A stretch of 64,000 bases of DNA from Zygnema circumcarinatum SAG 698-1b (taxonomy: Eukaryota > Plantae > Zygnematophyceae). Position 1 is the first letter of the stretch; each line of letters opens with the position of its first letter. The translations under genes and the position numbers were made by a program. Shown here piece after piece: positions 12,801 through 22,800 of the stretch. The stretch lies in NCBI GenBank assembly GCA_037447605.1, contig CM074809.1, positions 4,189,975 through 4,253,974 on the forward strand. Reading direction: 5' to 3'. The notes under the pieces are model-generated. The model was not told the origin of the DNA. It made no database searches and was given only the letters and a program-made list of their open reading frames with translations.

Positions 12801-12889
12801 GCCGATAGATCTCGGGTCATGCCCTATCCCCTTTTTGAATTGCTCGTCTGCATAATTACGGGTACCCGCTGGTAACGGACGAAATGACA
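6846..12889 (+). mobile_element. Chromovirus-type Ty3/gypsy element D nested in RT of C, opposite orientation
   Basis: Protease LLLDTGADANFVS (8764-9309), indel-rich RT/RH (about 9400-10600), integrase MDLITDLP...IVSDRDPRF (11242-11610), chromodomain, PPT AATAGGGGAGTAA 12533-12545, 3' LTR about 12546-12889. 5' LTR not seen (N gap 6836-6845). Confidence 0.82.
12047..12400 (+). CDS. Integrase C-terminus with chromodomain (element D)
   Basis: VHPVFHVGLLK...LEYEVETIQAHR...HEYLVKWLGYGVEHSTWEAEGNL, a canonical group I chromodomain. Confidence 0.92.
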   Translation: MXLPSHMKVHPVFHVGLLKVYRSDGRIQPPPPPVELEGELEYEVETIQAHRLVRKGRSSRHEYLVKWLGYGVEHSTWEAEGNLTNCQELINLYWEAQAAGERARACSGVLEPPLKNS

Positions 12890-13333
12890 CGAACTCAAGG
12901 CCAAGGCTGTAGGATCCGACCGTAGACCGACAGACGGCGCGCTAGCTGTTGCCGGGCAAGCGTACCGAATGCGCGGTGAGCGCCAGATGCTAGACACCTC
13001 AATTCATTCGGAAAGTCGAGAGGGACACGTGGCAGCCAGCCATTGGATGCCTCGCCTCCAACTCCTACGCCGGGTAGAGGTTCAACGGGAAGCGTGAAGG
13101 GGCGCAGGGTGACTGCCGTCACCAACCAACGCATCGGCATTCGGGGTTGCACCCCTCGCCATTGCGCCACCCTCCGGCTCTCTCACGCCGCCTCTCGGCC
13201 AACTCGAGTGCCGTGTGTGATTCCGCCGCTGCATCGGCGAGGCGTTTTTCGGGCCTGTTACAATCGCTATGTACGCATCTTCGATTTCATCACGAGGCGC
13301 GATGTGAAGAGTACACAACCCGGCCACGCCAGC

Positions 13334-13753
13334 TTACTCGCGATGGCGGAGCAATGGCAGCGCCACATCTGGATGGAGGGGGAACAACCGCGGTATACCT
13401 CGTAGTGGCAGGATCTTCGCCGAGCCATCATAACCACGCAGTTTTGGAACTGCAAAATCCATCATGGCCCGGACGGACTGCAACCAATGACTGCCTAAAA
13501 TCAAGTCAATGCCCGGAGTCAGAATTGTGACCAAGCACCGAATCTGCCCGGAAAAAGATTGAATTCGCAATCGAGTAGTCACGCAACCGAGGATCTGCCC
13601 TTTACGACCATCGCCGAACGTGACTGTATCGGAGCGGTCTGCAAGTACCATGGAAGCCATCTTAACAAACGAAGAGTTCGTAAAATTATCGCCAAATACC
13701 AATCGAATAGGGCGGCGACAAAGCCCATCTTCCACAACCCCGGTAAAGGTCAT
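13334..13753 (-). CDS. Element C aspartic protease region (frameshifted)
   Basis: VTFGDGRKGQILGCVTTRLRIQ...PGIDLILGSHWL, homologous to the D protease (VTFGDGRKGQISGSVTLKIKLQ). Confidence 0.75.
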   Translation of the reverse strand: MTFTGVVEDGLCRRPIRLVFGDNFTNSSFVKMASMVLADRSDTVTFGDGRKGQILGCVTTRLRIQSFSGQIRCLVTILTPGIDLILGSHWLQSVRAMMDFAVPKLRGYDGSAKILPLRGIPRLFPLHPDVALPLLRHRE

Positions 13754-14289
13754 GGCACAAAGGGGACCGCATTAAACATGGATTCGAAAGTACAACCAAC
13801 GATCGGACGCCATTGCAGCCAGCGACGTGAACTAAGCGCAGCAAGAGGTGGATGCGTCCCGAAGTCGCCCCAACAAGCACCAACGGGTGACCCTCCGGCC
13901 AAATCCATACCACCTTCCAATGGGCGTGGCCGAAACAAGTTATGGGGACGTGTTGCGGGAGCAAGACGTGCACCGCAGACACGAGCATTGAAGTGCGCCC
14001 CCGTCGGAAGGCATCAAGGACACTATCAAACAGATCGGTAGCCCCGGTAGGGTTCAGAATCCAGATTTCAGCAGGGTCATCCCATTGCGCAACAGCAAAC
14101 TCAAGAGAGGTCATTCGGGTGGAGAGAGAGAACAAATAGTCATTCAGATATTCCGGGCAATGCAAGACGAAAATATCTGATGCAAGGGGCTGCCGTCCCA
14201 TAATATTCAATAAATCATCGAAGGTGCGAACAGGACCTGAGCGCGCCCAACAAACTACCTCCCCACCACTACCACCGCCACAACCTCTA

Positions 14290-15400
14290 GATCAGTAACT
14301 GCTTTCCCACCGTGAGTTTGTCGACCCAGAGATGGCCGATGAGCCGTATGCCCCGCCTGCCGTACCGGCAGAAAGCATCGCCTCCTTCTTGGAGCCTCGC
14401 CGCCTCTTTGGGACGCCGCCTGGGGACTTCGCCACCAAGGGCCGAAGTTGGTGCATCCTCAGACGCTAAGCCCTTGCCCACTGCCTTCCGAAGGGTGGGG
14501 GTCTCCTCCGCCGCAGGCGCAGTTGGAGCCGTGAGGGTACAGGGACCAAGTCCCACGCCAAGGGTCTGCCGCTACGGCCCGCGCGTCCGCGTTCACAGCG
14601 GCCGCATAAAACAAATCTGCGTCCGCAGCCACCCAGGGCTTAGAAGTAGCGGGATTGAGCAACAGTTGGTTAGCAATGTGAGGTTTCAACCCCATGGAGA
14701 ACCTCAGAACTGCTTCAACCTTTCCTCGAGGGGTGTCACTTAGTAATCGTGGATACCGTGTCTCGGGTAGCCGCGAGAACCTAAGCACGCTGCTCGCTCG
14801 CACTGTGAGTGGTATACTTCCTCCGGGCCGACCCTCCAAGTCAATGAGCACGCCAAAGTGCTTGTTCACTTCGGTTTCAAACCGGTACCAACCGCCAGAT
14901 GCCGGCCCGGTTGGAGAGAACACGCTAAAGCCCGCTCATGGGAGTATAGGGTACTGTAGTTCACCTTACCTCCGTGGCGCGGCTGGTCGCGAAAGGTAAC
15001 CCTTGGTTCGGGCCGACCGCTTCAAACGGGCGCCAGAGTCAAGGTCGCTCACCCCACAATGAAATGGGTGGGACCTTGGCGCGGTTGCGCAAACCCCAGT
15101 CAATGGGTGGCGCAATCGCCTGCGGGGCCAAGGCCACCGGGCCCGTCCCCCCCGCAGGTGTATCGGGTGGGGTATCCCCCACGACGGGGAGGATGACCCC
15201 ATCGGATATTGCAGGAGCCCCTACCCGTGGGGCAGGTGGGTCGCCGGCCGGCACCCCCGGAGGTGGGCCGGCCGGGAGGGGAGGGGGAGGTACCACCGGC
15301 AACGAGTTCACAGAGGTGGCACCCCCAAGTGACCCCTGAGGAGGACCAGCTCACTCAAGTGAGGGGCTGACCCTCGTTCACGCATGTCCCCGCCTCCGCC
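14290..15400 (-). CDS. Element C gag (fragmented)
   Basis: Pro-rich segments and EAVLRFSMGLKPHIANQL (gag-like FxxGL), positioned between the 5' LTR and the protease. Confidence 0.55.
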
Positions 15401-15855
15401 GCAGGTCCTGCCAGAAGTCGTCCCTTTGGGGTCCTCCCCGGCGGCGCTTGCTTCGCCCGCGACCGCCAGAGGAGCTCCAACGGTGTGAGTTGCCGCCTGT
15501 GCGTCGCTTCCGGCCATCTCCGAGCGCTCTAACGCTAGAGCAATGTTCAGCCTCGGCCACGGAGTCGTCCGCAAGTGCTTCACCCGGGCGCCAAAGTCCT
15601 CGTGGCCGAGGAGGGTCCGCCGAAGTCCTCCCAGCCGTCTGCTCGCCGACGTGGCCTCGCTACGCTTCAGGTCGCGGACGGGAGTCTCCCTACCAGGAAC
15701 ATGTTTCCCCAGGCCCGCCACCTGCTAGCAAATCCGCACCGTGGGGAGGTGGGGGAGGAAGGGGACCGGCGGTGTACGACGGCAGTCAAGTCCCCGCCAG
15801 ACCATGGTGGGAGCTGTGACGTACCAGAGATCAAGAAAATGGCTCGAGCAATTAA

Positions 15856-16337
15856 TGTAATGGAAGTCAGAAACTCGTCTCATGGGTCACGAGAGTCGTG
15901 GAGGTAGAGGGAAGAGAGAGGGAGAAGCTTGCTTCCTGATTGAATGCCGCCGATTCGCCCCTCATAATGCCACGAACCCTCTACCAAGATGAGGACCCGG
16001 AAGAGGCCCACCATCGGGCGCAGTCGCTGGTTGTAGTCTGCGGGCGGACGCCATGGAGTGGAGGAGGTCGTACGCTACCGAGTCGTCAAGTACAGGTTCG
16101 GGCGGCCGTTTCAGATATAATGGCGCTGGCCAGTGATATCACGCGCGTATGGCGACGCGACGGGACACTAAGCTGGGCGCCCGCCGAGCAAGGCGGCGCT
16201 ACACCAGATGTCCTGGAAGATGTCGGAACCGCGCCCGATTCTCCGGACCGGATCGGCTCTGGGTGACGACAAAACCGCGCGGAGATCTTCCGCGGGTGCG
16301 CCGTAGGGCGCCTCGCGGGTCGTAGCGCTTCGCTACA
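15856..16337 (-). repeat. 5' LTR of element C
   Basis: Homologous to 3100-3603; the A integrase ORF reads straight into it (…CCC|SEALRP). Confidence 0.8.
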
Positions 16338-17361
16338 ACAGCAGGTAAGCGTGAAGACCGTGGAGGATGACCGCCACCATCCGCTTCCAAATTGCAAGGC
16401 AAGAGTCACAACGCACGCATCCTTGACCGTTTGTATGGTACGTTCTGCAAGCCCATTCTGCCAGGGGGAGTAGGGGCTAGAGGTGCGGTGAATGATGCGG
16501 AAGTCCTGCATGAGTTTGGCAAACGCCCCCTTGTATTCGGTGCCATTGTCAGAGTGGACAGAGTAGGGGAGAGAGTGACGGTGAATGATGGCCGTCAGGA
16601 GGCGGGCAGAGTGGACTGAATGCTTAGATTCTGTCGCGTGAACTTCCACCCACTTGGTGTATCTGTCCACGGCTAGGAAGACCCGAATGTAGCCAGAGGG
16701 GGTGCCGAGCTGGGGGATAGAAAAGGTGTCGATGTTCCAATCTTCGGCAACGCCTCGGATCGGGATCTCACCCATCTCTAGGGGTTGGCGTCGGGGGGAG
16801 CAGAGCGCTTGCCGCGTTGGCAACGGGTGCAGGTTTCGACGTATCGGCTCACTGCGCCATGGAGTCCGGGCCAGTAATAGCGCTCCTGCAGCATGGCGAC
16901 CATCTTCTTCTGGCCAAGGTGGAATCCGGCAGGCTGGGCATCGTGGGCGACATCCAGGATCTCCATGCGCTCGTTGGGGAAAGGAACAGGAAGGCCGGAG
17001 GGGAGGTAGAGAATCTGTCCTTCATCATCGACAGAGAAGTTCCGAGCGCGGCGGAGCAGCCGAGCCCTCTCGGTATCCGTGATAAAAGGGGGCAGCGTGC
17101 GAGTCATGACGTAGCGCAGAAGAGAGGAGTCAGAATGGACGTCATTGGCGCTGGGGAAATGGGGAGGAAGAAAAGGAGCTTCGCCATCGTCATCCATGAG
17201 GAGTTCCCACGGATCTGCATGGGGGTGGCCGTGGGTGAAGTCAGGGTCCTGCCAGCGATGGAGGGTGGTGGCCGTGGCCGGAATATCGATCAGCCCATCC
17301 GCGAATATGACATCATGCAGGTCTTGATCTGCAATAAAAATCTCGATGGGAAGATGCTCAG
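16338..17361 (-). CDS. Element A integrase (H2C2 zinc finger + rve core)
   Basis: HDAQPAGFHLG...YYWPGL...CTRCQR; WNIDTF, AVDRYTKWVE, VHSDNGTEY, SPYSPWQNGLAERTIQT. Confidence 0.9.
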
Positions 17362-17371
17362 NNNNNNNNNN

Positions 17372-17714
17372 CAGCAGGATCGGGCTCAACACCCAATGCG
17401 TTTGTTACGGAAGGGGAGTCCATGGGGTGCAGATGGATAGGCGGACGTTGCAGGATGGTATAAGCGGGTGAAGGAGGTGGAGGCGGGCAAAAGGGAGCCG
17501 GAGTTCTTGGTGGTGTGTGAGTAGCCGGGAGCATGTCCATGAAGGTGATCTCTGCAGGTGAGCTCCCTGCAGCTGCCTCTTTCCCCTTTCGGGCCTTCTC
17601 ACTTGAGAGTCTCCGCATGCATACACGGGCATCATGTCCCATGATCTGGCAGAAGGTGCAGGTCCATGGTCCACAACGCAGCCGCGGATTGTGATTCAAG
17701 CCGCAAGCAAGGCA
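17372..17714 (-). CDS. Element A Gag C-terminus with two zinc knuckles
   Basis: CLACGLNHNPRLRC followed by CTFCQIMGHDARVC (CX2CX4HX4C). Confidence 0.75.
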
Positions 17715-17724
17715 NNNNNNNNNN

Positions 17725-18220
17725 CAAGAAGACTCTTTCTCTCTCTCTCTCTCTATCTATGGCATGGAACTCTCTCTCTCTCTCACAATTAGCATCTGTT
17801 GCTGGAACTGAAGAGGAAGAAGAGAAGAACAAGACCACAAACCACACAGCAAATACAAGTACTAAGCCCAGCACTAAAAGACAAACAAGCATCACTGACA
17901 TCCCATCTACTTAACACCGACAATAGATCTTGAGCCTTAGCAGTGACAGTCTGATTGGCCAACTGCCCACTGAGAGGCCTGACTGACTACGTGAGGCCTT
18001 CTGATAGGTCAACCGCTGACAATCGGCGGCATTTTGCGGCGCTTCCGAGTGCGCCTAGCTGGATGGTGTGCTGTCCCGTGGGCCGCCAACACATGGCGCC
18101 GCCTTCTCGCATTTTCCGTCGGCAATTCCTGGATCAGGCCGGTCCGTGACACTGAATAGGAATATGGCAAGTACAACTGAACGGACGCGGATCCGTCGAG
18201 CGCAGCTCCGTTACGCTACA
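17725..18220 (-). repeat. 5' LTR of element A (truncated by N gap)
   Basis: Near-identical to 1796-2291. Confidence 0.9.
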
Positions 18221-19518
18221 AGCTTCCTCGACAACGCGCGCACCACTCCAGCGATCGTCCGTACGCACCGGACTAATGTACGGTCGACCACTAAAGCAAT
18301 AAGCAATACAAAGCTGACCGCGCAGCTTATCGCTGTGCGCCACGTTTCTAACCTATGCTTACCAGTTCTAAGTAGACTCCTGTGGTGGCGCGGCCTATCG
18401 TCGCCCTCCACGTGTCCTACTCAGACTTCCCGTGTTCCCACTACGAACAGCGACCTAGCGCCCTGTTCAGACTGTGACCAAATCTCCTAAAGACTGCCGA
18501 CAAAGGCTGACCGTACAGCGTACAATTCTAGGCTATACCCCTATTGTACCCAACATGAACTGCAGTTATGTTTCACATAACCTTTAGCAGATGAGCCGCT
18601 GTACGTTCCTTTTCATAATGAAACGGTGTGAACGACGACAAGCAAGAAATTGGATCGGCCCTTACTGGAGGAGTCGAGAACTTCAGCGCAGGCGCTGCCG
18701 TATCATCGCTGTTGGGCGCCATTGACAATGCTACATGCCGCTGTGGTCTTTGGCGTTCGGGTGTGCAATAGCGTGTATCTGCTCCGTTAGTCACGGCTCC
18801 GAGGATAGAGAGGCATATCTGGAGACTTGCATCTCATGAGGTACAATGCACGCAATAACAAAACTAAAGGAATGAGAGGCTGGAACCAAATCAAACTCTG
18901 ACTGGCATTTGGCAATAGTTGTATTGCACTACAGACGTTACCATCCAATGCATTCAGACTGAGCCACAACTATGAACGTATGTTATTGGCCTGCTGCAAG
19001 GACTGCCAGTACACCTTATTCGACTGCTCAAAGTGTCACTATCACTGTGAAGGTCATTGCAACGCTCTCGCAAGATTGTCGGCTGAGGTCTAGCCCCGCA
19101 TGCGAGGGGAGTTGGCGGGCCTCCAGGTTATTTTGTACCACTTGGAGGACTTGCAGATGAGCACAGCCTGCATTTGCAAGCAACGAGCAATGGCGCAACG
19201 ATCAAAGAGATGAGGGCGTCTTGCCCCGACGCTTAGGACACGCTGGACAGTGTCCGAAAACGCTTAGACTTTGCGCATTCGTGGCAGCTCAGCACGGTGT
19301 GCTGCTGCAGGCAAGACTGAAGGGCTGCATAGGGGTGAAGAGCGATCTGTGCAGAGCTTGGCTTGCGAGAAGCTGCCTCACAATTTTCGAAATGCCGAAA
19401 AGTCAAAAGTCTAGCGAAAACTTGTGCATGGTTGGCGCGTTGAGCACAAAGCACGTGAGGGCCATCACTGCATGCCCCAACCAGGCCGAGAGCCCTTTCC
19501 CCGAAACGCCAAGCCGGC

Positions 19519-19631
19519 CTCCCCTCCCCTCCCCTCCCCTCCCCTCCCCTCCCCTCCCTCCGCAGCCGCATGCCCGCCCGCCCGCCCGCCCGCCCTCCCG
19601 CCCGCCCGCCCGCCCGCCCTCCCGCCCGCCC
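19519..19631. repeat. (CCCCT)n and (GCCC)n microsatellites upstream of the PP2C-kinase gene
   Basis: Direct reading of tandem units. Confidence 0.9.
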
Positions 19632-19818
19632 GCTTGTACGGTCCGTACACGCTTGACTTTGCCACTACAACTGTATGCTGTACGGTACGCCCTCAATGTC
19701 CGTACATGCGATTGATCAACGAGGGCTGTACGGAGAGGAGGCGCCGTCTCGTCCCGTCCCGTCCGTCGCCCGCTTGGAGGGGAAAGGGGAGGGAAGAGAG
19801 GCGGGGCCGGGCCTGGCC

Positions 19819-22800
19819 ATGGCGGGACCCGGCCGGGCCCGTGCGTGTGCGCCTGCTGCCCTCGTGCTCGTGCTCGTGCTCGTGCTGCTCCTCCCGCTGC
19901 TGCCGCTGGTGGTGCCGCCCCGTGGTGGGGGGGGGGCCGACGGCGGGGGCTGCGGGGTGGCGCGGCGGCAGGGGCGGCGGCCATCGCAGGAGGACCGCGC
20001 GGTCTGCTCCGCGCCCTTCACCGCCCGGGACCGCCTCCGCGTATCGCCCGCCACCGTGGCGGAGGGACCCGCCGCTGCTCCGCTCTCCCTCACGCTGCTG
20101 GCGGTCTTCGACGGCCACGGCGGGCAGGAGGCCAGCGAGATGGCGGCAGAGCACATTGCTCCGTATTTCCGCAGGCGACTCGTCCGCACTCTCTGGAACT
20201 TGAGCGCTTGCGTGGAGCCTCCGAGCGTGGGAGCGGTCGGGGCTTGTCCGAATTCTGAGGCGGTGTCCCCTGAGGAAGATGTGCAGACCGCAAAATGGAA
20301 GGTTCACCTGTCGTTAGAGGACGAATTCATGTGGGAAGGAGAACTTGAACAGTTTAAATTCCACTTGAGTGAGGCTTTGAAATTATCACTTCTCGAACTT
20401 GATGAGGAGTTCTCGAATGTAAGTGAATTCAACTTAAAAGATTTTGGAAAACGAAGTCAGTTTTTTGTGCTTTGGAATTTGAAGGAGGAAGCATTCCATG
20501 CGTATTGGTTCGTTTGAAATTGGATCGAATAAAAGAACCTCCCTGTTTCCAGCAGGCTGTCTGGCCGGTAACATATCCACACGTTAGCTTGTTCTCACCA
20601 CTGTTGGCTAACGCAAACCGTACAATCTATTATCGGGTTGCTTATGTGATAGGACGGATCATGCAGTCTTTTATTTAGAAATTCATTTCATGCGGCTAGT
20701 GTTGCTAAACGGCATTGTCTCGAGAAATATCTAGTTCACAGTAAATCATCTGTCTTGTGCACATTCGCTCACTAACTGCGCCAGTTCTCGCCACATGCTA
20801 TAGACGCCAACCGTTTGGACAGCAGAGGCATAAGTGTGGTGCACCAGCCAGACATGATGGGTTCCACTGGAAAAGTACAAGAATGAAGCATGAATCTGCA
20901 ATTTCTGAGTCGTCAGCTATGAGCGAATCCTCATTAGAAATAGAGCAACCCTGTCGTTAGACGAGTCTACGTAACTGCTGTACCAAAACCTGCCAAATTT
21001 CACCTTTATATACCTTGCAGCATACGGCCGCCTGTGATGCTTCTATGGGAACCGGGTAAAGTAATGAATGAATTTTAGAATATGATTTTACTGGATACAG
21101 AACTGTAGAATGCTTGTGGGCTCTCCCGACTGATGGCTTGCATGCGAACCATATCCAGCTTCGCCTCACATGACGGCCCGGCGCAGGGCGCGCGCAGGCG
21201 GCCGGCAAGAGCGGGTCCGCCGCCGGCACCACCGCCTGCGTGGCCCTCCTCTTGGAGAGCGCGCAGGGCGGCAGCGACCTCCTCGTCGCCAACGTGGGCG
21301 ACTCCAAAGCGCTGCTCTGCCGGCGCGGCGCGCACGGGAAGGACTGCGCGGCCGGGGGTGAGTGCCCTCGGCTTCAATAACCCTGGCCACCCCAATCCGC
21401 AGGCATTCAGACCCTATGGCACACATATGGCGTTTTGGCAGGTGCCGCATACCTCTAGATTCTCGCGCAATTGATTTACTTCATGTGGCGATAATATAAA
21501 CAGGGCGGAGGAGATTGCGCAGAAAGAACTCCAAGTCAGCAGAAGCTGTCGCCAAGCAGTGCATAGGAAGTGGTCTATGTGCTGAGAATCTGCATTCGGT
21601 GCACCGGCCTGACCGAGTGGATGAAAGGGCGCGGATTGAGGCGCTGGGAGGGACGGTGGAGCTGCGGGGCGGAGTCTGGCGAGTGAACGGCGAGCTCGCG
21701 GTGAGCCGCGCCCTCGGGGACCTGCCCTTCCGCCCCTGGGTGCTGCCGCACCCGGAGCTCACGCCCTGGCGCCACGTGGCGCCGAGGGAGGAGGAGTATC
21801 TGGTGGTGGTCACCGACGGCGTGTTGGAGAAGCTGGAGGAGCAGGAACTGTGCTCCGTTCTATGCGCAGTTGAGCGTGGCCTCTCCGTCCGGACCCTCTT
21901 TGGGGACTTGCTGAACGAACAAGAGGCCATCCCGTTAGGCCCCGCCACGGACACTCCTAGTAGTGAGTGCGTCAATGGACAGCGTGAAAAGCCACACGAA
22001 AGGACGAGGTCCTTCACAGGAAGCGGAGGAAAAACTCGCATAGACAGAGAGGAACCCTTTATGGAGATTGATCATGGGGGAAAACGAGTCATGCTTCAAG
22101 AGATGGCTGAGACTGTAGTTGATGTAGGTCTGCAGTTGGGGAGCATGGATAACATGGCAGTGATAGTGACTTGGATAGGGGCGCAAAAAGGAAAGCAGAG
22201 CAGGAAGTGTGAAGCCGGAGAGGAAGCGGTTGTAGGAGTGTCTGAGAATCCAGAGGACGAACAATATGCATTCAGGGAGGCAATGTCTTTCAAGGACATT
22301 GCAGGACCTGAATCCGTCATCGATAAGGTGAGGGTCGGCACTTCAAGCGGCGGCGTTCTTGGATTCGCAGAGGGAAGGGAAGGAGAGTCAGGTTGGCTCG
22401 CTCTTGGCGAGGAAAGGGACCGCAGTGCATTTGGCAGCCGTGGGAGGCAGAAGGCACGTGCCGACGGCTCCGCAATGACCGCTCGTGGGAACGCAGGCAG
22501 CGGGGAGTCGGGCGAGGGAGGCCGGAGGATTGCAGCAGCAACAACCGCTGAGGAAGCCGGCGCATCTTCTGAATCTTCACAGCTGCTGGTTAGTGGTGTT
22601 CATCTCGTCCCTCTGTTGAGCTTGACTGTGACGGCTTGCAATGCCTTGGTAGTTGCTCTCCCTTTCTTTCGAGCCAGACAAAATACTTCGCATCATTTGT
22701 CATAGATAGCTTCCCAGATTCGTGCAGCGTCTTCATTTTCAGTAACTTACAACACCGTACAGTTGAAGGAGGAAGAATGATGTTGCAGTGAGTGATGCAG

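Larger units (their letters stand above)
3100..16337 (-). mobile_element. Chromovirus-type Ty3/gypsy element C nested in the integrase of A
   Basis: LTRs 3100-3603 and 15856-16337 (TGTAGCGAAGCGCTAC...TTACA); flanks ACAGA / ACAGC (4/5 TSD match); PPT 3604-3621; gag-PR-RT-RH-INT-chromo order on the minus strand. Confidence 0.85.
1796..18220 (-). mobile_element. Ty3/gypsy-type LTR retrotransposon A (non-chromodomain host of the nested insertions)
   Basis: Direct repeats at both ends beginning TGTAGCGTAAC on the minus strand; Gag zinc knuckles; H2C2 + rve integrase and GPF motif, split by element C. RT/RNase H not seen and may lie in the N gap at 17362-17371. True left end uncertain (TGTAGC at 1532 is a candidate). 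Confidence 0.8.

Noticed and set aside
9300-13500. Many frameshifts read as programmed frameshifting or old pseudogenisation
   Set aside because: Dense random indels fit sequencing noise; nesting order says these elements are young.
17362-17371. Element A as an RT-less, integrase-only (Ginger-like) element
   Set aside because: An N gap of unknown size lies exactly where PR-RT-RH should be, and the element has long direct repeats rather than TIRs.
18221-18556. Possible copia-type LTR fragment ending ...GTACCCAACA
   Set aside because: No second copy, PBS or coding domain in the window.
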